Below are positions 22,453 through 35,383 of a stretch of DNA of 64,000 nt, piece by piece. This DNA is from Azolla caroliniana (Eukaryota; Plantae; Polypodiophyta), in the NCBI GenBank assembly GCA_043228905.1, contig JBHGNT010000001.1:24676001-24740000 (forward strand), written 5' to 3'. The position numbers and the translations under genes were made by a program. The first letter of the stretch is position 1. Each line of letters begins with the position of its first letter. Below the pieces are notes generated by a model, which saw nothing but the letters and a program-made list of their open reading frames with translations, was not told the DNA's origin and did not search any database.

Positions 22453-24980
22453 TTGAGGATTCCTCCGAAGATTTTTGGTGTCCAGAAGGTTAAGGATGAA
22501 GTGATTAACATCTGGCCAGCATCTCCATCATCCAACGACCCGTTACAGGTATTAGAGGATAAGATTATTAATTCTTCACATGCTCTTCAAAAAGTGGCTA
22601 GAGAGGAGCTGGTAAGGTGTCATTCCCAACTACAACGCCTGAGGAAGGTAGTCATCTCAGGTCAAAAGCTTACGCACGGTCTTTCAATCCCTAACCCAAG
22701 GCAGTCCTTGCTCGACTCGGAGTTCGCGGACGATACGATGTTATACCTCCAAGGTAATGAAGCGAATCTGGGGAGGGCACAAATTGCTATCGATCTCTTT
22801 TGCAAAGCATTGGGAGCCTCCATCAATCGGAATAAGTCCAAGGGTTTTTGGATTAGCTCGGAGGTCGAGCCGGTATGGAAACCAAATGTTGATTTCAAAT
22901 GGATTGCAAAAGGGAAGGCCCCAGATATTTGAGAATGTGGATTGGTGTAGATATCGACAAACAAATATAGTTGCAACAAATTCAAAGTAAAATTTGCAAC
23001 AAAATCCGTATCTGATCAGGGATGAATTTATCATTAGCTGGCAAGATCATAGTAGCTAACCATGTGCTCTTGTCTACTATGTGGCATGCGGTCTCAGTGT
23101 GGATGTTTGACAGTCATGCTATTCATATTGTTAAAGCATGTATCAGGGGCTTTCTATGGGCTGGGAATAGGAAAGACAACTCGACAGCTAAAGTATCATG
23201 GGCTACGTTGATTCTTCCCAAAAGTAAGGGGGGCTTATGATTGATCGACCCTGGAGTACAAAGTCAATCATTGCTATGTAAGGTATTGGTAAGGAGCTTG
23301 CTGCCCAGAAATGAGTTATGGAAAACATTGATTTTTAATAGGAGCATCCTTTGGAGTCCACGACTTGGTGGGCATTGGAAGCCACATAAATCATGGCTAT
23401 TTTGTATGGACTTAAAGCTTAGGAGGTCTAATCGGTTGGCTGATTGCACATGTATGTCAATGATGAAGGCGTGGGATATGCTCTGTGGGCATCTTAGCCG
23501 TATAGGTCCAAGTACTAATGTTGAATGGATGCACCAACCCCTATTTTGGAACGAGACCTTAAAGTCGAACGAGGGGAAGATGCTTGGCCAGAGCAAGGGT
23601 ATGTCGTGGGCTATATTGCATGGTGTTGGGATTCAGTCAATGGCAAATTGGATGCAGTTGTCCCCTAGTAATAGGGATAAATTATATGAAGATGCGAGAA
23701 AGTTCAGAAATGGTAGGAAGATGCTTGACCTAGTCGATAAAGTTGTTTACTCTATTCCTATTAGTAATCGGGAAGAGGGTGAATGGTTCAAACAATGTGT
23801 TGATGCCGGAAAAGTTATCAATGCCAAGGGTATAGGAAAGAATGGGAAGATCATCCTGTTGGGATCTGTAGTTGCAGGTGCTCATTGGTCCCCAATTAGA
23901 ATTGTGGCACGACACAGTAAGAAATGGAAGGTGAATCCATCAGTCGATGAGGTTGAGGAGGATTGGAACTTGTATGTAGTTGAAGACAAGCCACTCGAGT
24001 GTTTAGAATGGGATCCTGCAGAATATACGTGGAGGGATGAACAAGGTAAATCACGTGGTTTCTTTGACTAATCAACTCGCTTTGGGAGACATTTATGGTT
24101 GCATCGTGAGAAGTGTGCCAACAAATGGACCCATGTAGTTGTCGATTCAATCTTTCTGGATAAAACCAGGAGCAGGATATGGAACTCATCCCTCCCCGAG
24201 AGGGTCAAGGTGTTTTTTTGGCTAATCACCCATCGGGTTGTTCCAACCGGAGAGTGGTTGGGGAAAAGGGGTGGCATGAGTAATTGCAAGGCCTGTAGAG
24301 CGAGTTTGGAGGACACCACCCATTGTTTATGGAGTTGCCCGCGAGCCCAAGAAGTTTGGATGAGGAGCTTAAGAATTCTAGCTCAATGCGGGGTTGAAGT
24401 TCAGGTATCAAGTGCAACAGTTGTTTGGTTAGCTACTGAATCGGCTGCATGGTTTCATGGGTGGAATGGAAATAGGCCTTCTTTAAAGGTGGTGAATGGA
24501 ACAGTTCAACCTGCGGCTCAAGGAGATTCATTCTACATACAGGAACGGTACATAGATGTTTGGTTTTTAGTGGTTGGCCTTACTGTTTGGCAAGTGTGGG
24601 TATCTAGGTGCAAGGAGTCGTTTACCGGGAAGCAAACCCCATTGGCTGGGAGTTTAATGACAATTTGGTTTAATCTGATTTCTACGCTACAAGGAAAGTT
24701 TGACAGCCTTCAGGGGCCCTCTGATGCGAGTGAAGAAGCTAGATACCGCTTCCTTCTTAAATGGAGAGGTTCTCCGATGTTATAGATGGTGGATGGCAAT
24801 GCAAAGTGGATTTATCAGCCACCCCGGTGGCTGTTTCCTCCAAGGGTACCAAACATAGAGGTAGGTGCTGAATTGTGAAGAGATTGGAGGGTGTCTTTGC
24901 TGAATGTGGATTGTGTGAGGCTCATGTTGAGGGGAGTCTGTCGAGTAATTATGTGACGAGGCTTTGTTGCTTCATTTATA
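22453..24980 (+). mobile_element. L1-type LINE ORF2 remnant (5'-truncated, internally deleted)
   Basis: RT motif EFADD, LSLAGKIIVANHVLLSTMW, LPKSKGGL and the zf-RVT C-terminal finger CKAC...EDTTHCLWSC. Several stops. Confidence 0.85.
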
Positions 24981-25323
24981 AATGATGTTTTCTTGTAGCC
25001 ATTGCAAAGTGGCTTGTAACATATGAGTTATATATTATCACATAATGTTAGCACATTATAGTAACTTCATGGTAGTTTCATCGATGGTAATGTTCTTACA
25101 AGCGGTAATGTACTTTAACACATAATAATTTCAATCTTCTCGTTTTTGTTATGAGCCGTAAATAACTCTCAAATATTACTTGGCAAATGGTAATCATTTG
25201 CCAAGTAATCATTTAAGAGCAAAACATTACTAATAAAATTTGTGAAAATGACATTAATGATTATTCAAGCATATTTTATTAGATAATCCATGTGATAAAT
25301 ATCAACAAATACCTAGTGTCACA

Positions 25324-25880
25324 TAACAATCGGCAACAATTTGGTTTGAATCGAACCAAACCACAAAATCGTGGCTTAATGGTTTAAACAGTTCAGTTCA
25401 ATTTAGGTTCAAGTATTTTTAACAATTCGGTTTCGGTTTGGTTCGATTTGGGGTTGAATTGTTCAGTTTAGGGGTGAACAGTTCGGTTCGATTCGATTTA
25501 AATGGATTGAAAGTTGAAATTGTGAACATTTTGATGGTTTAGGGGTTACCAGTTGATTTTTTTACTATTTTTTTAAACAACCTCTTTAGTTTTGAGCCTA
25601 ATTCTCACATTTTAGGAAAAATCTTTAAATTTTGAAAACCTAAATTTTGAAATAATGAAAAAAAAAAAAAATTAATTTGAATTTGGACCTAACTTTAAAA
25701 CCAAAACCGAACAGCAAAACCGTGGTTTCAACGGTTTGAATTTTTTGTAACAATTTGTTTTAAATTGTTTCGGTTTAAATGGTTTTGTGGTTCAAGTTTC
25801 AATTTTCAATTTTTTTAAACACTTCAATTTTAAACCGCTTTGGTTTTGATACTCTCGAACTGAACCATTGTCGATTGTTA
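25324..25880. mobile_element. Non-autonomous hAT-type DNA transposon (MITE)
   Basis: 13-bp TIR TAACAATCGGCAA / TTGTCGATTGTTA (1 mismatch), 8-bp TSD GTGTCACA (25316-25323, 25881-25888) and dense subterminal GGTT(C/T)G / AAACC motifs. Confidence 0.85.
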
Positions 25881-26227
25881 GTGTCACAACACAAATACTG
25901 ATAATACTAATGCTAAGGCATCCTCCAATACCAATGTTAGATACGATCATACATAACATTTCTCAAGCATACTATTCACAACAACAAAAATGCTCTTCAT
26001 TGTATAATTTTCTAATGAGCATTGATTCAAGATTCGCATTAATTGGCTAGCATCTAATTCCTTTCTGGCTCATGTTGCATAGCCTCTTGTGCCATTGTAC
26101 TTTTTAAATGTCTAGAATGTCATTGCAAATTGGTATACTCCTTTAATTTGAGCTAGTTTGAAAGATACCCCAAAGAACTACAAAAAATGTTGAGTTCCCA
26201 AACACCCAAATGCATACACACAATTTC

Positions 26228-26229
<2 letters not shown>

Positions 26230-26285
<56 letters not shown>
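26230..26285. repeat. (AG)n microsatellite
   Basis: Perfect dinucleotide run. Confidence 0.95.
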
Positions 26286-26288
<3 letters not shown>

Positions 26289-26960
26289 AACATATATAAT
26301 TATGAATTTGGAAACATTAATTAACATATAATCCAATCTCTCCATGTTGTGATTCTCCCTTTTCAAGAATTTTTGTAAACTACATAATATTTTAGGAAAA
26401 AGGCAAGTATCATGACCCATTGCTTCGTTGTCCATCATGTTGTTCATTATAAGTATAAAAGGAAAGGCCTTCTACAAATTCATTAATCATGTACGACTTT
26501 TTGTTTGTTATATGATTCTTATCAAGAGCATAAGTAGAGAAATGGATATGGAAATCAAGGACAAACATCTTGAGAACTTAAGACTAAGACATGCAAATGT
26601 ATGCATTGAGCTTGCACATTATTTCTACTCCCACCAACTCGTCCATCCATCTCAAAATGCATACCTTAAAACTATAATCTTATTGTGCATGAAAAGATGG
26701 AGGGTAAGATAATAATATAATGTACTAAATGAGCTAATCAAATCCTTATTAGCTTCCCGCGCAATAAATGCTCCCCACAAATTTAACATGAGAGCAAAAG
26801 CACTACGGAAAGAAAACAAAAACTAATATCATAAGCTAAAAGAAGGGAAAAGCATCATACCACTCGTAGCTTTGTAACAACATACCCTACTTTCCCTTAA
26901 ATTGGTTGACATGTCACATGTCCAATGTTTTCTAAGGCCAAAGTTTCTTTAAGGGCTCTT

Positions 26961-27515
26961 TGTTATTGGCATAACCGTAAGGACCGATTCTAAAACTATT
27001 TTTAATTAAGGGTAGGATTGCTAGGAAACCAATTATCTTCGAAAGTAGGAAAAATCCATAAGAACCTATGTTATGTGGGAATGCATGGTTTTTTGGGAGC
27101 CTTGGGTATTTGATTATATAAAGGGAACTAGTACATTTGAGATGTTGTCGAGATTCATTTATGAGGCTAATCCAACTTCTTCGGATCTATTATTCAACTA
27201 CTAAGGTGAAACATAAGGTAATATTTGATGGTATGGGACACTGCTGGTATTTTATGTTAGCTTAAAGATGTCGTAATGAAGGGTTTACCTGGTCCCCATT
27301 ATATAATACAACACCTAAATCTCCACGAAGACCACCACATGTTACACGTGTCATATTGTAGGCATAACCTTAAGGACCAGTTCTAATGCGAATTTTAACC
27401 ACATACGGCTTATGCCATTGAAGTTAGCATTAGAACTGGCCCAACATCCAAACCCTTTTGCCATTAAAACTAGCATTAGAGTTGGTCCTTATAGTTATAA
27501 CTTATGCCTATAACA
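26961..27515. mobile_element. 555-bp TGT...ACA element with imperfect terminal inverted repeats (solo LTR or MITE)
   Basis: TGTTATTGGCATAA...AAGGACC at the left end and GGTCCTT...TTATGCCTATAACA at the right. Flanks CTCTT/CTCTC. A third copy of the terminal motif lies at 27361. Confidence 0.55.
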
Positions 27516-28299
27516 CTCTCATAACAATTAGGTCGTGCTTTGATTAAATCAATTTAACAACTAATAATTTGTTTTATTTTGAGGGCTATTTATAGATTCT
27601 TATCATGAACCGCAATTAACACTCATCCACTGTATTTGTAAGTGTGAATGTGATAAACTAAAGCATAATTGGACATTGAATATAATGAGAGCATATAAGT
27701 AAAACTTGTAAGTTGTAATATAGCTATAATTTGAGCCCATAGTAATTGGTGGTTCATGATAATTTGTTTTTATAAGAAAATAATGCTATCTTAGTGATTT
27801 TAATCAACAATACATTTAAGAAAACTTCATTGTGAGTAAAAACAGTTGTATGTACAAGAAATTAAATGAGATCACTAAGTCGACAATATATAGTATCAAC
27901 ATATGTGCATGTAGTGATTTAGATTATAATCTTGCTACTTTTCATCATAGGACTACGGCCAAGCATCTTTGCACATGTTTCTCAAATTTTGAAATGTCGT
28001 AAATAAAAGGGAAACGACATTATAACTTATAGTACTCCCATTATATTATTAGTTATAGTTCAAAAAGTACGAACGCATAGGAATGGTTCTTGCTATCCTA
28101 CTTGACAAACAAAAATTAGAAAAGTGGCAAGTGAGGTAAAGATAATGGCCATTAAAAGACAAAGTATGTTCTTCCAAAGCCTTCTTCAAAAGATTGGATC
28201 TAGTACGCCATAAGCAATTCAATAACTTCCAACAAACCAACTTGAATTGGCCAATAAATATGTGTTCCATGTCTTCTCTTGTAGCTTAGACATCAACGT

Positions 28300-30400
28300 A
28301 ATTGTTACATATGAAATCAAGCAGGCAAGAGTTACATTTCTACACTTTTTCAATCCATCATTGCTTTTGATAAAGTTATTGATTTGGATGCAACATTCAC
28401 AGTGGATGAGCTTTTGAAGGCTATAAAAGGTTTTGGAAAAGGCAAAGCTCCTAGTTGGGATGGTATTACTTTAGAATTCCTCATAGAAATTTGGGACGTC
28501 CTCAAGGATGCCATGTTGTGCATGGCAAGTAAAGTTTGGCAAAAATGGGATACATCTGTCTCATGGAAAGAAGGTTTATTTATATTAATAACCAAAACGA
28601 AATTGCGTTAATCTTATTTCATATTGACAACCAATAACTCTTGTGTGAGTTATCTATAAACTCATTAAAAGAGTAATTGTAAACCATATTAAAGATAGTT
28701 TGTTGACATGCATACATGCACAAAGACAAATTTATAGTCAACATTCCTAATGCTTATATCAAAATGAGGTCTTCTTAATACACAAAACAAGATAACATTG
28801 GTCATGGGGATTGACATTGAGAAGGCATTTGACACAATCCAATGGTATTTTATAGAAGCCACGATGTTATGATTTGGCCCAAAAAAGTCTTTGCACATCT
28901 TCTTGCATCATTCATAGTGAATCTACAAACTTGTGGATTTCAACCAAATAATTCATACAAGGTTGGCCATAAGTGCATCAATATATGCAATTGCAACCTA
29001 TCCACTATCATTATACATGGATAACTAGTGTCAACAAATCAAATTCATGGTTTGAAAATGCATGATGGGCAAGATTTTGCAGCACAAGCATGTGCAAATG
29101 ATGCCTCATTCATTTCATTAAGTAAATCAAATGATATGAGAGTGATAATACATGCCCTCAAATGGTATTAACTAATTATTGGAAGTCGTGCTAACTTTAA
29201 CAAGTCCAAACTCTTACATTTGATAATATATCATTGATATCGACTTTTGACAGCAAGTCAAAATGTTAGTTACAAGTACACCTATTTGTTTATCCGGTAC
29301 CCATTCAAAGGAATGAATCAGGAAACCAAAGTTTGAAAGTGTTTTATATCAAGTGCAGTCAAAGTTGAGTTATTGGCAAATTGCAACATGGCGCTAATAA
29401 AGCTTTCATTGGAATGCTACATCTCTATAATCTTTAGTTGGAAAAGTTTTTTCCTTTGCAAAGAAAGGTTTGATATCAAATGTGGACATGGTAAATGTTT
29501 TAGACCACATACTAAGCTTTAATCGCATAGCATGTCATTGTAGTTTTGGGCCACATCAATAAGTTGTATGGAATAAAGCAACAAATTAGTGTTCTCGTCG
29601 ACAAATACTATAGAGTTTCTGATTATATTTTGAAAACATGGAATATTGTTTACAATGGATTAGATTAGCACGCATTCAATGTATAAGATCGTTACATCCT
29701 CTTTGTGGCCAATTTTTCAACAAACAAGATATTGAGCACTTTGGACCATCTCGATGTCTATCGATTGTAAAGTCTTTGGTCAAAACCTATGTAAAAATTT
29801 TGGCTTCTATTCGATTGTCTACGGACTACAACTTATGAATATCCCACCTCAACGATACATTTTTTTACTTTGAGTGACTCTAAGAACTTTAATGTCTTTT
29901 TAGCCCTTGTATATTTCTCATTCTTATTTTGTGGGTTTCCACAACATTGATGTTTCCACCTAACCAGTATATCCTCGAGCAATGTATACATGGTCAGCAG
30001 TATTATTGGCGGTCGTAGAAGATAAACCAATGGTATACGAGCAAGAGGATGTTGCAAATGCTCTTACTATGAGGAATGGTCTGATGCAAAAAACAATTAT
30101 ACATATGAATCCACAAATAGAGATTGATAAACTTGAAATATGGTAATTGGTAGGTAGCATCACAATTTAGTATATTGGAAAGCTTGATGTTTGAAGGTAT
30201 TCCAAAATGTGATCGAAAGATATGCCCATATAATTTATAGGATTTGGATAAAGATTGTGGATAATTTCAAATGTAATACACAATGGGCACGAGTTACACC
30301 GATTGGAGTTTAATGTCATATGGAACAAAAGAATATTTTATAGATAGATTCCTGGTAAGGTGGAGTGGTTCTACTCTACACATAAGTATTTATTTAAGCC
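28300..30400 (+). pseudogene. Older, heavily decayed L1-type LINE ORF2
   Basis: FTVDELLKAIKGFGKGKAPSWDGITLEF, W+EGLFILI, IDIEKAFD (28810), and a C-terminal segment similar to that of the 22453 LINE (EIW*LVGSITI...). Confidence 0.7.
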
Positions 30401-31870
30401 GACAATTAGAACTTAGCATGTCATTATCCAAAATGTACATATTTCATGTATAGCCTTAGGGCATTTTCTTAATTCTAATGTAGTATCTTTATTAATACAA
30501 GTCTCACTAAATGGAGAACATTCTCCTTCATCCCATTTATAATGGATATTTATAATTATTCATGAAGTTGTGTCATACTTATAAACTTATAATTCATAAT
30601 ATATATATATATATATATGACACAACTTCATGCGCATTTAATTTATCGTTGGATGAATGAATCTATGAGCAACGAATAAAAGTGACAATAACAACATGGC
30701 TTGAGAATTGATTATTATCAACAACTTTGTCGTTAATTTATGTGAGATACATGGTCATAGACCAAACAAATTCACATTAGCTTCAAAGTACTAATATTGT
30801 CAACTACGCAGAAACATGCAACCCTAGAATCTTCAATACTAAACTTCCATGTTGAAATAGATTTGTGCTTCCAAGATGTAGTTACTTTACCCCAGTAGAT
30901 GTTTTCAAGTATTTTAATAAGTTTTTTTTTGCACAAATATGCATAATGAGTAGGGATGCCTATGTCCTTTTGACTCATAAGGATAATCCCACGGATGACC
31001 ACTCTTGGCTCACATGTTATAATATGTTTATAAGATCAACATTTTTTTAAAGACAATTATGAACAAGTCAAGTGTACTCATCATTGTTTAGCAATGCCAC
31101 CTAAAAAACAATCTCCACACTTAGTGTTTTTGTACTCACAAACTAACAATTGTAGCATGAAGGAAGATTTGTGAAATCGTGGGTTAGCATGCAAATGTAG
31201 ACAAGATTTGGGGGTCAGTAACCTCTTAGCAGGGAAGTTTCCCTTGAAAACTAGTCCAAACTGAGATTTCGAACATTCGTTGCACAAACACATGCCTTAG
31301 CTTTTGTGTCATGCTATTACTTGGCCAATGTCTAAGCCATACTAAGAGTTGGGGGGTCTCTAATGGAACTCCTTCTTGAACAATGAAAGTCATTGACGAA
31401 TGTTGTTGAAATTGCAAAGGAGAAAGATAAGTCAATACATTGAGATTCGATCTAGGTGGTGAGGCAACTGACGGGGGGTCGAAATAACGTATGTCCGAGG
31501 GGATCCGAATGAAAAGCCATAAACACAACGCACATATACCATAAAACAAAAAACGGTGTGTGCACGAACCCTAAAACAAAAGGAGTTTCTGGACCACACA
31601 AAAGAATGAGATAATTTATTCGCACAAAAAGAAAAGAAAGAAGAAGATAATGTTGGTGGGGTAGGGTGAGGGAGGGGCGGCGATGAAACCGGCGGTTTTA
31701 ATGGCAGCTTGTTTTGTTTGGGAGAGAAAGAAAGCGGTTTCTGGAAATCCGGTAAAACAAATCAAAACCAGTTAGGTAGGGCAAATAAATAAATAAAAAT
31801 CTTTAAATTATTTGTTTTTGGGTGAAGGTGAGTGGGGCCCAATAGACAGCTGTCGGTCACTTTCAGGAAT

Positions 31871-32440
31871 TACGTGGCATGCGCTGCGCCCACCACGTAG
31901 ATTGACAGCGCATAGGCCGGGCGCGCCGCATCCTTTCCTATCTCATCATACCCATCCATACATACATACATGCATGAGGTGCATGTATATGCATACATTA
32001 TACATACATACATACATACACATATGCATGTATGGATGTATACCATGCGTATGCGCATACGTGGCTTGTGACGTGAATAAATATAATCCTGACACACAGC
32101 TTTGTACGTTCTTAACCCAACCAGGGTTAAGGTCAGTTAACCATACCTACCCACCCCCCCCCCGTCTATCGGCGTGCGTGCCAGCTAGCACCACTTTTTC
32201 CTGTTTACAGAAATTTACAAAATTGCCCACTGAAACACAGAGAGAGAGAGAGATATGGAGATTCTCCTGGTTCACGATTTTCTTAAATTAAAACCTAACC
32301 CTAAATTACTAACCTTAACCCTACCCTAATCCACTAAGCGACCCCAAGTATCGTTACGCTTGATCTGTCCCTTAGTCACCAACCTACCCATACCCCCGAT
32401 CCACTAACGCTAACCCTAACCCTAACCCTAACGACTGATG
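31871..32440 (+). promoter_or_regulatory. Promoter-like island: ABRE/G-box, RY motifs, TATA-like, telo-boxes
   Basis: TACGTGGC at 31871 and 32058, CCACGTA at 31893, CATGCATG at 31969, TGACGTG at 32069, TAAATATA at 32078 and an AACCCTA cluster at 32290-32432. Confidence 0.45.
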
Positions 32441-34578
32441 TTACTGATCTTAACCTCATCCCTCCTCCCAAGTCAATAACCTCAAACCATCAATCACTGA
32501 CTAATCTTGACCGTGATTCGGATTCGCTGAACTGCTCGCTAACTAATCCTAACGTGACCCTGAGTTTTTAGCGCGGACCCTGGAAGAAATCGAGTTTGAT
32601 TATTTCCGAGCAGTTCTTAACTGCTCAGCCTCGGAGGCTAATGGGAGATCGGAGAGGTTTTGTTGGGTTCCAAGTCAAATTAGGGTTTGATTTTACGATG
32701 ATGTAGATGAAGGAATGAAGGACAGAGATTTGGCAAATTGCCAAAAGTGCCTCCGGCCCTTGTTTCGCTACCATTTATCATCTTTTCTTAATTCCGTTTT
32801 CTTTCTTTAGTAGTCCTCGATATAATGTAAAAAAGATACTCAATTTTTAATGGAATTGGTACATGATTTGTGTGCTTCATTCGCCCCCTTGATAAACGTC
32901 TCCCAACCGAGAAGTTCAATCAATAGTTTGATTGGTGTTCTACTTAATGAAGGCACCTTCTTCTTGGACATTCAAATAGAAACATAACAGATGAAATTAA
33001 GATTAATGTAAAGGGAATTGTTAAGCAATGGTTTCTAGGTAATGGAACGGGGCCAAACACAGTCAAATTTGATAAGTTGCACCCCAATAGTGGGCGTTTG
33101 TTAGATGGGCTTAAACCAACTAAGTTGTAAAGGAAACCCGAATATGAGATGAATGAGTGAGTGAGTGAGTGTGTGTGTGTCTCAAAAATGGCATTAGAAC
33201 CATGCATGTTCGACTCCAATACAACCCTAAGTGCAATGCATTTGGTCCACATACTCCGATATTCGTGTATTGAAATTCATGGATGTAATATTCAACTTTG
33301 TAGCATGAAATTCATTTGTCCAATTTGAAATGTTCCCATTCACTGTGGTTTTGGGCCATTCGTTGGGTTGGGTTGGTGGATACTCTTCCAAAAGTTTTGA
33401 GTGATAACTTAGGTGAGTGAAATTGTATTTTTGGTATTTCCTTTAGTGCTGATTATATGAGCTCTTTAATATAACACAAGCGTTGATATAAAATACTTCA
33501 TTCACCATGGCATCAAAATAGTTACCCACCTTGGCAAGCTAAACTTTCTTGTATTATTGTGCGGATGCTAATTATTGAAGTTCAAGACCAATTGAAATTT
33601 TTAAACCTAGCGCTAATCATTTGAATTGTGATTGCTTGTGAACTCATGGGTATTATTGCACCCTCCAAATCCAAGCAATTTGGTGGGAGGTATATTTTCT
33701 CATTAAAGACAAACCATAGAAAATTGGACTATTTACTACTGCCTAAACTTTGGCTTATTATAGATGTCTAGTTTCTATGCCTCAAAAAGTATCATGTACC
33801 AAGATTGACTGTTGTCATGTGGGATTGTAGTTTTTGCACGAAACATTGTGTTGTCCAAAAAGAAGCATGAATATGTATGTGATTTTTGGCACAAAGAACT
33901 AAATTTGTTATACATGAGATGTGGACCTCTATGATCTCATTATTATGAAAAAGATAGTTGTGAACTAAACTATAAAAAATAGTTTAGTTGGATATTAAAT
34001 AAACTCGTCCAATGCTCAATTTTGCCTTCAGGATTGGAAAATATATATAAGTACAAAATGATTTCAACTAGTTGCTTGAGTGTTATTATGCATTGTGTGG
34101 GTCTTGGTATTACTTTCCATAGAAAATAGAATAGTTAGATGAGGTTAACTAGCTTCTTGAATTTCATTACACGTTGTGCTTATGTCAAGATTAGTTATTG
34201 TATGTTATCATCAAAAACCATATTTTGCATTGGTCATTCAAAACAAATACCACCAAGTTCATTTTGATAAATTCAACAATTGTAAAAATGTTTGAGTCTC
34301 TTAATGAAATGGGTTGTAATAGGAGTAATAACTTGATAGTGCTATAGTAATGTAAACTAAAATCATGTGTATGCATGTATTGAGGTTTAAGTTTAGAAAT
34401 TATGTCTCACAAACAACTTGAGTATCTTGCTACATGTGAGATATGCCTCCCATGAGAAAGAAATATACATACATAGGGTTTTGACTTTCTTAATTTTCTT
34501 TAGTTTGTTGCAAATTCCATCATGCTTTTAAGACAAAATAGCCTTGTATTTCTTTTTCTCTATTTGGCACAATTCATG

Positions 34579-35080
34579 TTTTTTTTTTACCAAAAAAAAA
34601 ACATTGCTTTACATTAGTTAGCAAACAAAGTACATCAAAGACCAAAAAATTCTAGCAAAACTCACTCTAATCTTCTCACCAAAGTGATCATAGTCCCCAT
34701 CCCCTCATTTACAACATAAGTATCCCATCAACTCTTTTAACATGGTAACTAACTTGTAACACAACTATACATATTTACGGCGCCTAGTCCCTAATGGAAG
34801 CCATTGGCGGAAACAACCATCTAGGGTGCTTGATAGTTCCATTTAGGCCATGATGATGATCTGACTACCATAGGAGAATTGCCCCATTTCAGCAGAAACT
34901 TTGACCAAGCTCTTTTGCTTCATCTGATTCCCCCCGAATCGAGTCGTACCGTCCCCCTAGCCAAGATACCAACTTCAACCAAATGTTTACCAACACCTTA
35001 CCGCTTGGGAGCTTGTGTTGTTGAAAAACAAACTTACAACGCCTGGTCTAAATGTGCCAGACTGTTAAGCCAACCACCAT
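34579..35080 (-). mobile_element. 3' fragment of a LINE related to the 22453 copy
   Basis: Minus-strand translation VLVNIWLKLVSWLGGRYDSIRGESDA...KWGNSPM...WNYQ...RWLFPP matches the 24650-24840 C-terminus. A T-run at 34579 may be the tail. Confidence 0.65.
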
Positions 35081-35250
35081 CATCCACGTCTCCTCAAAAA
35101 ATTCAGAGTTTGTGCACAATTCATGTTAAGACGATAAACTTTTCCAAATTGGTTAATACAAGTAGAGGAATAACTAAGATTGACCTGCAATAAAGAAGCA
35201 CATAATTGTTCAAGACAATGAGCTAATTATACCTAAACACTTAAGGGATG

Positions 35251-35383
35251 GTCGATCTCCCCCTTTATTGAGTCGGTGGGCATCCACATAAGATGGACCT
35301 ATCGTGTCCCTACATGTATTTGTATATATTAATCTCATATGTAAAATTTTATAACTAATGGAAGGAGTTTTTTTGGGAAAAAA
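35251..35383 (+). mobile_element. Short retroposed (TPRT) insertion with A-tail and 16-bp TSD
   Basis: AAACACTTAAGGGATG at 35235-35250 and 35384-35399 flanks a 133-bp segment ending in an A-run. Confidence 0.7.

Noticed and set aside
29940-30085. Minus-strand exon with a PLAT/ATS3-like look (SSCSYTIGLSS)
   Set aside because: The plus strand aligns with the C-terminus of LINE ORF2, so this is the antisense shadow.
32606-32630. GAGCAGTT-ctt-AACTGCTC hairpin as a miRNA precursor
   Set aside because: An 8-bp stem is too short, and no conserved plant miRNA sequence was recognised nearby.
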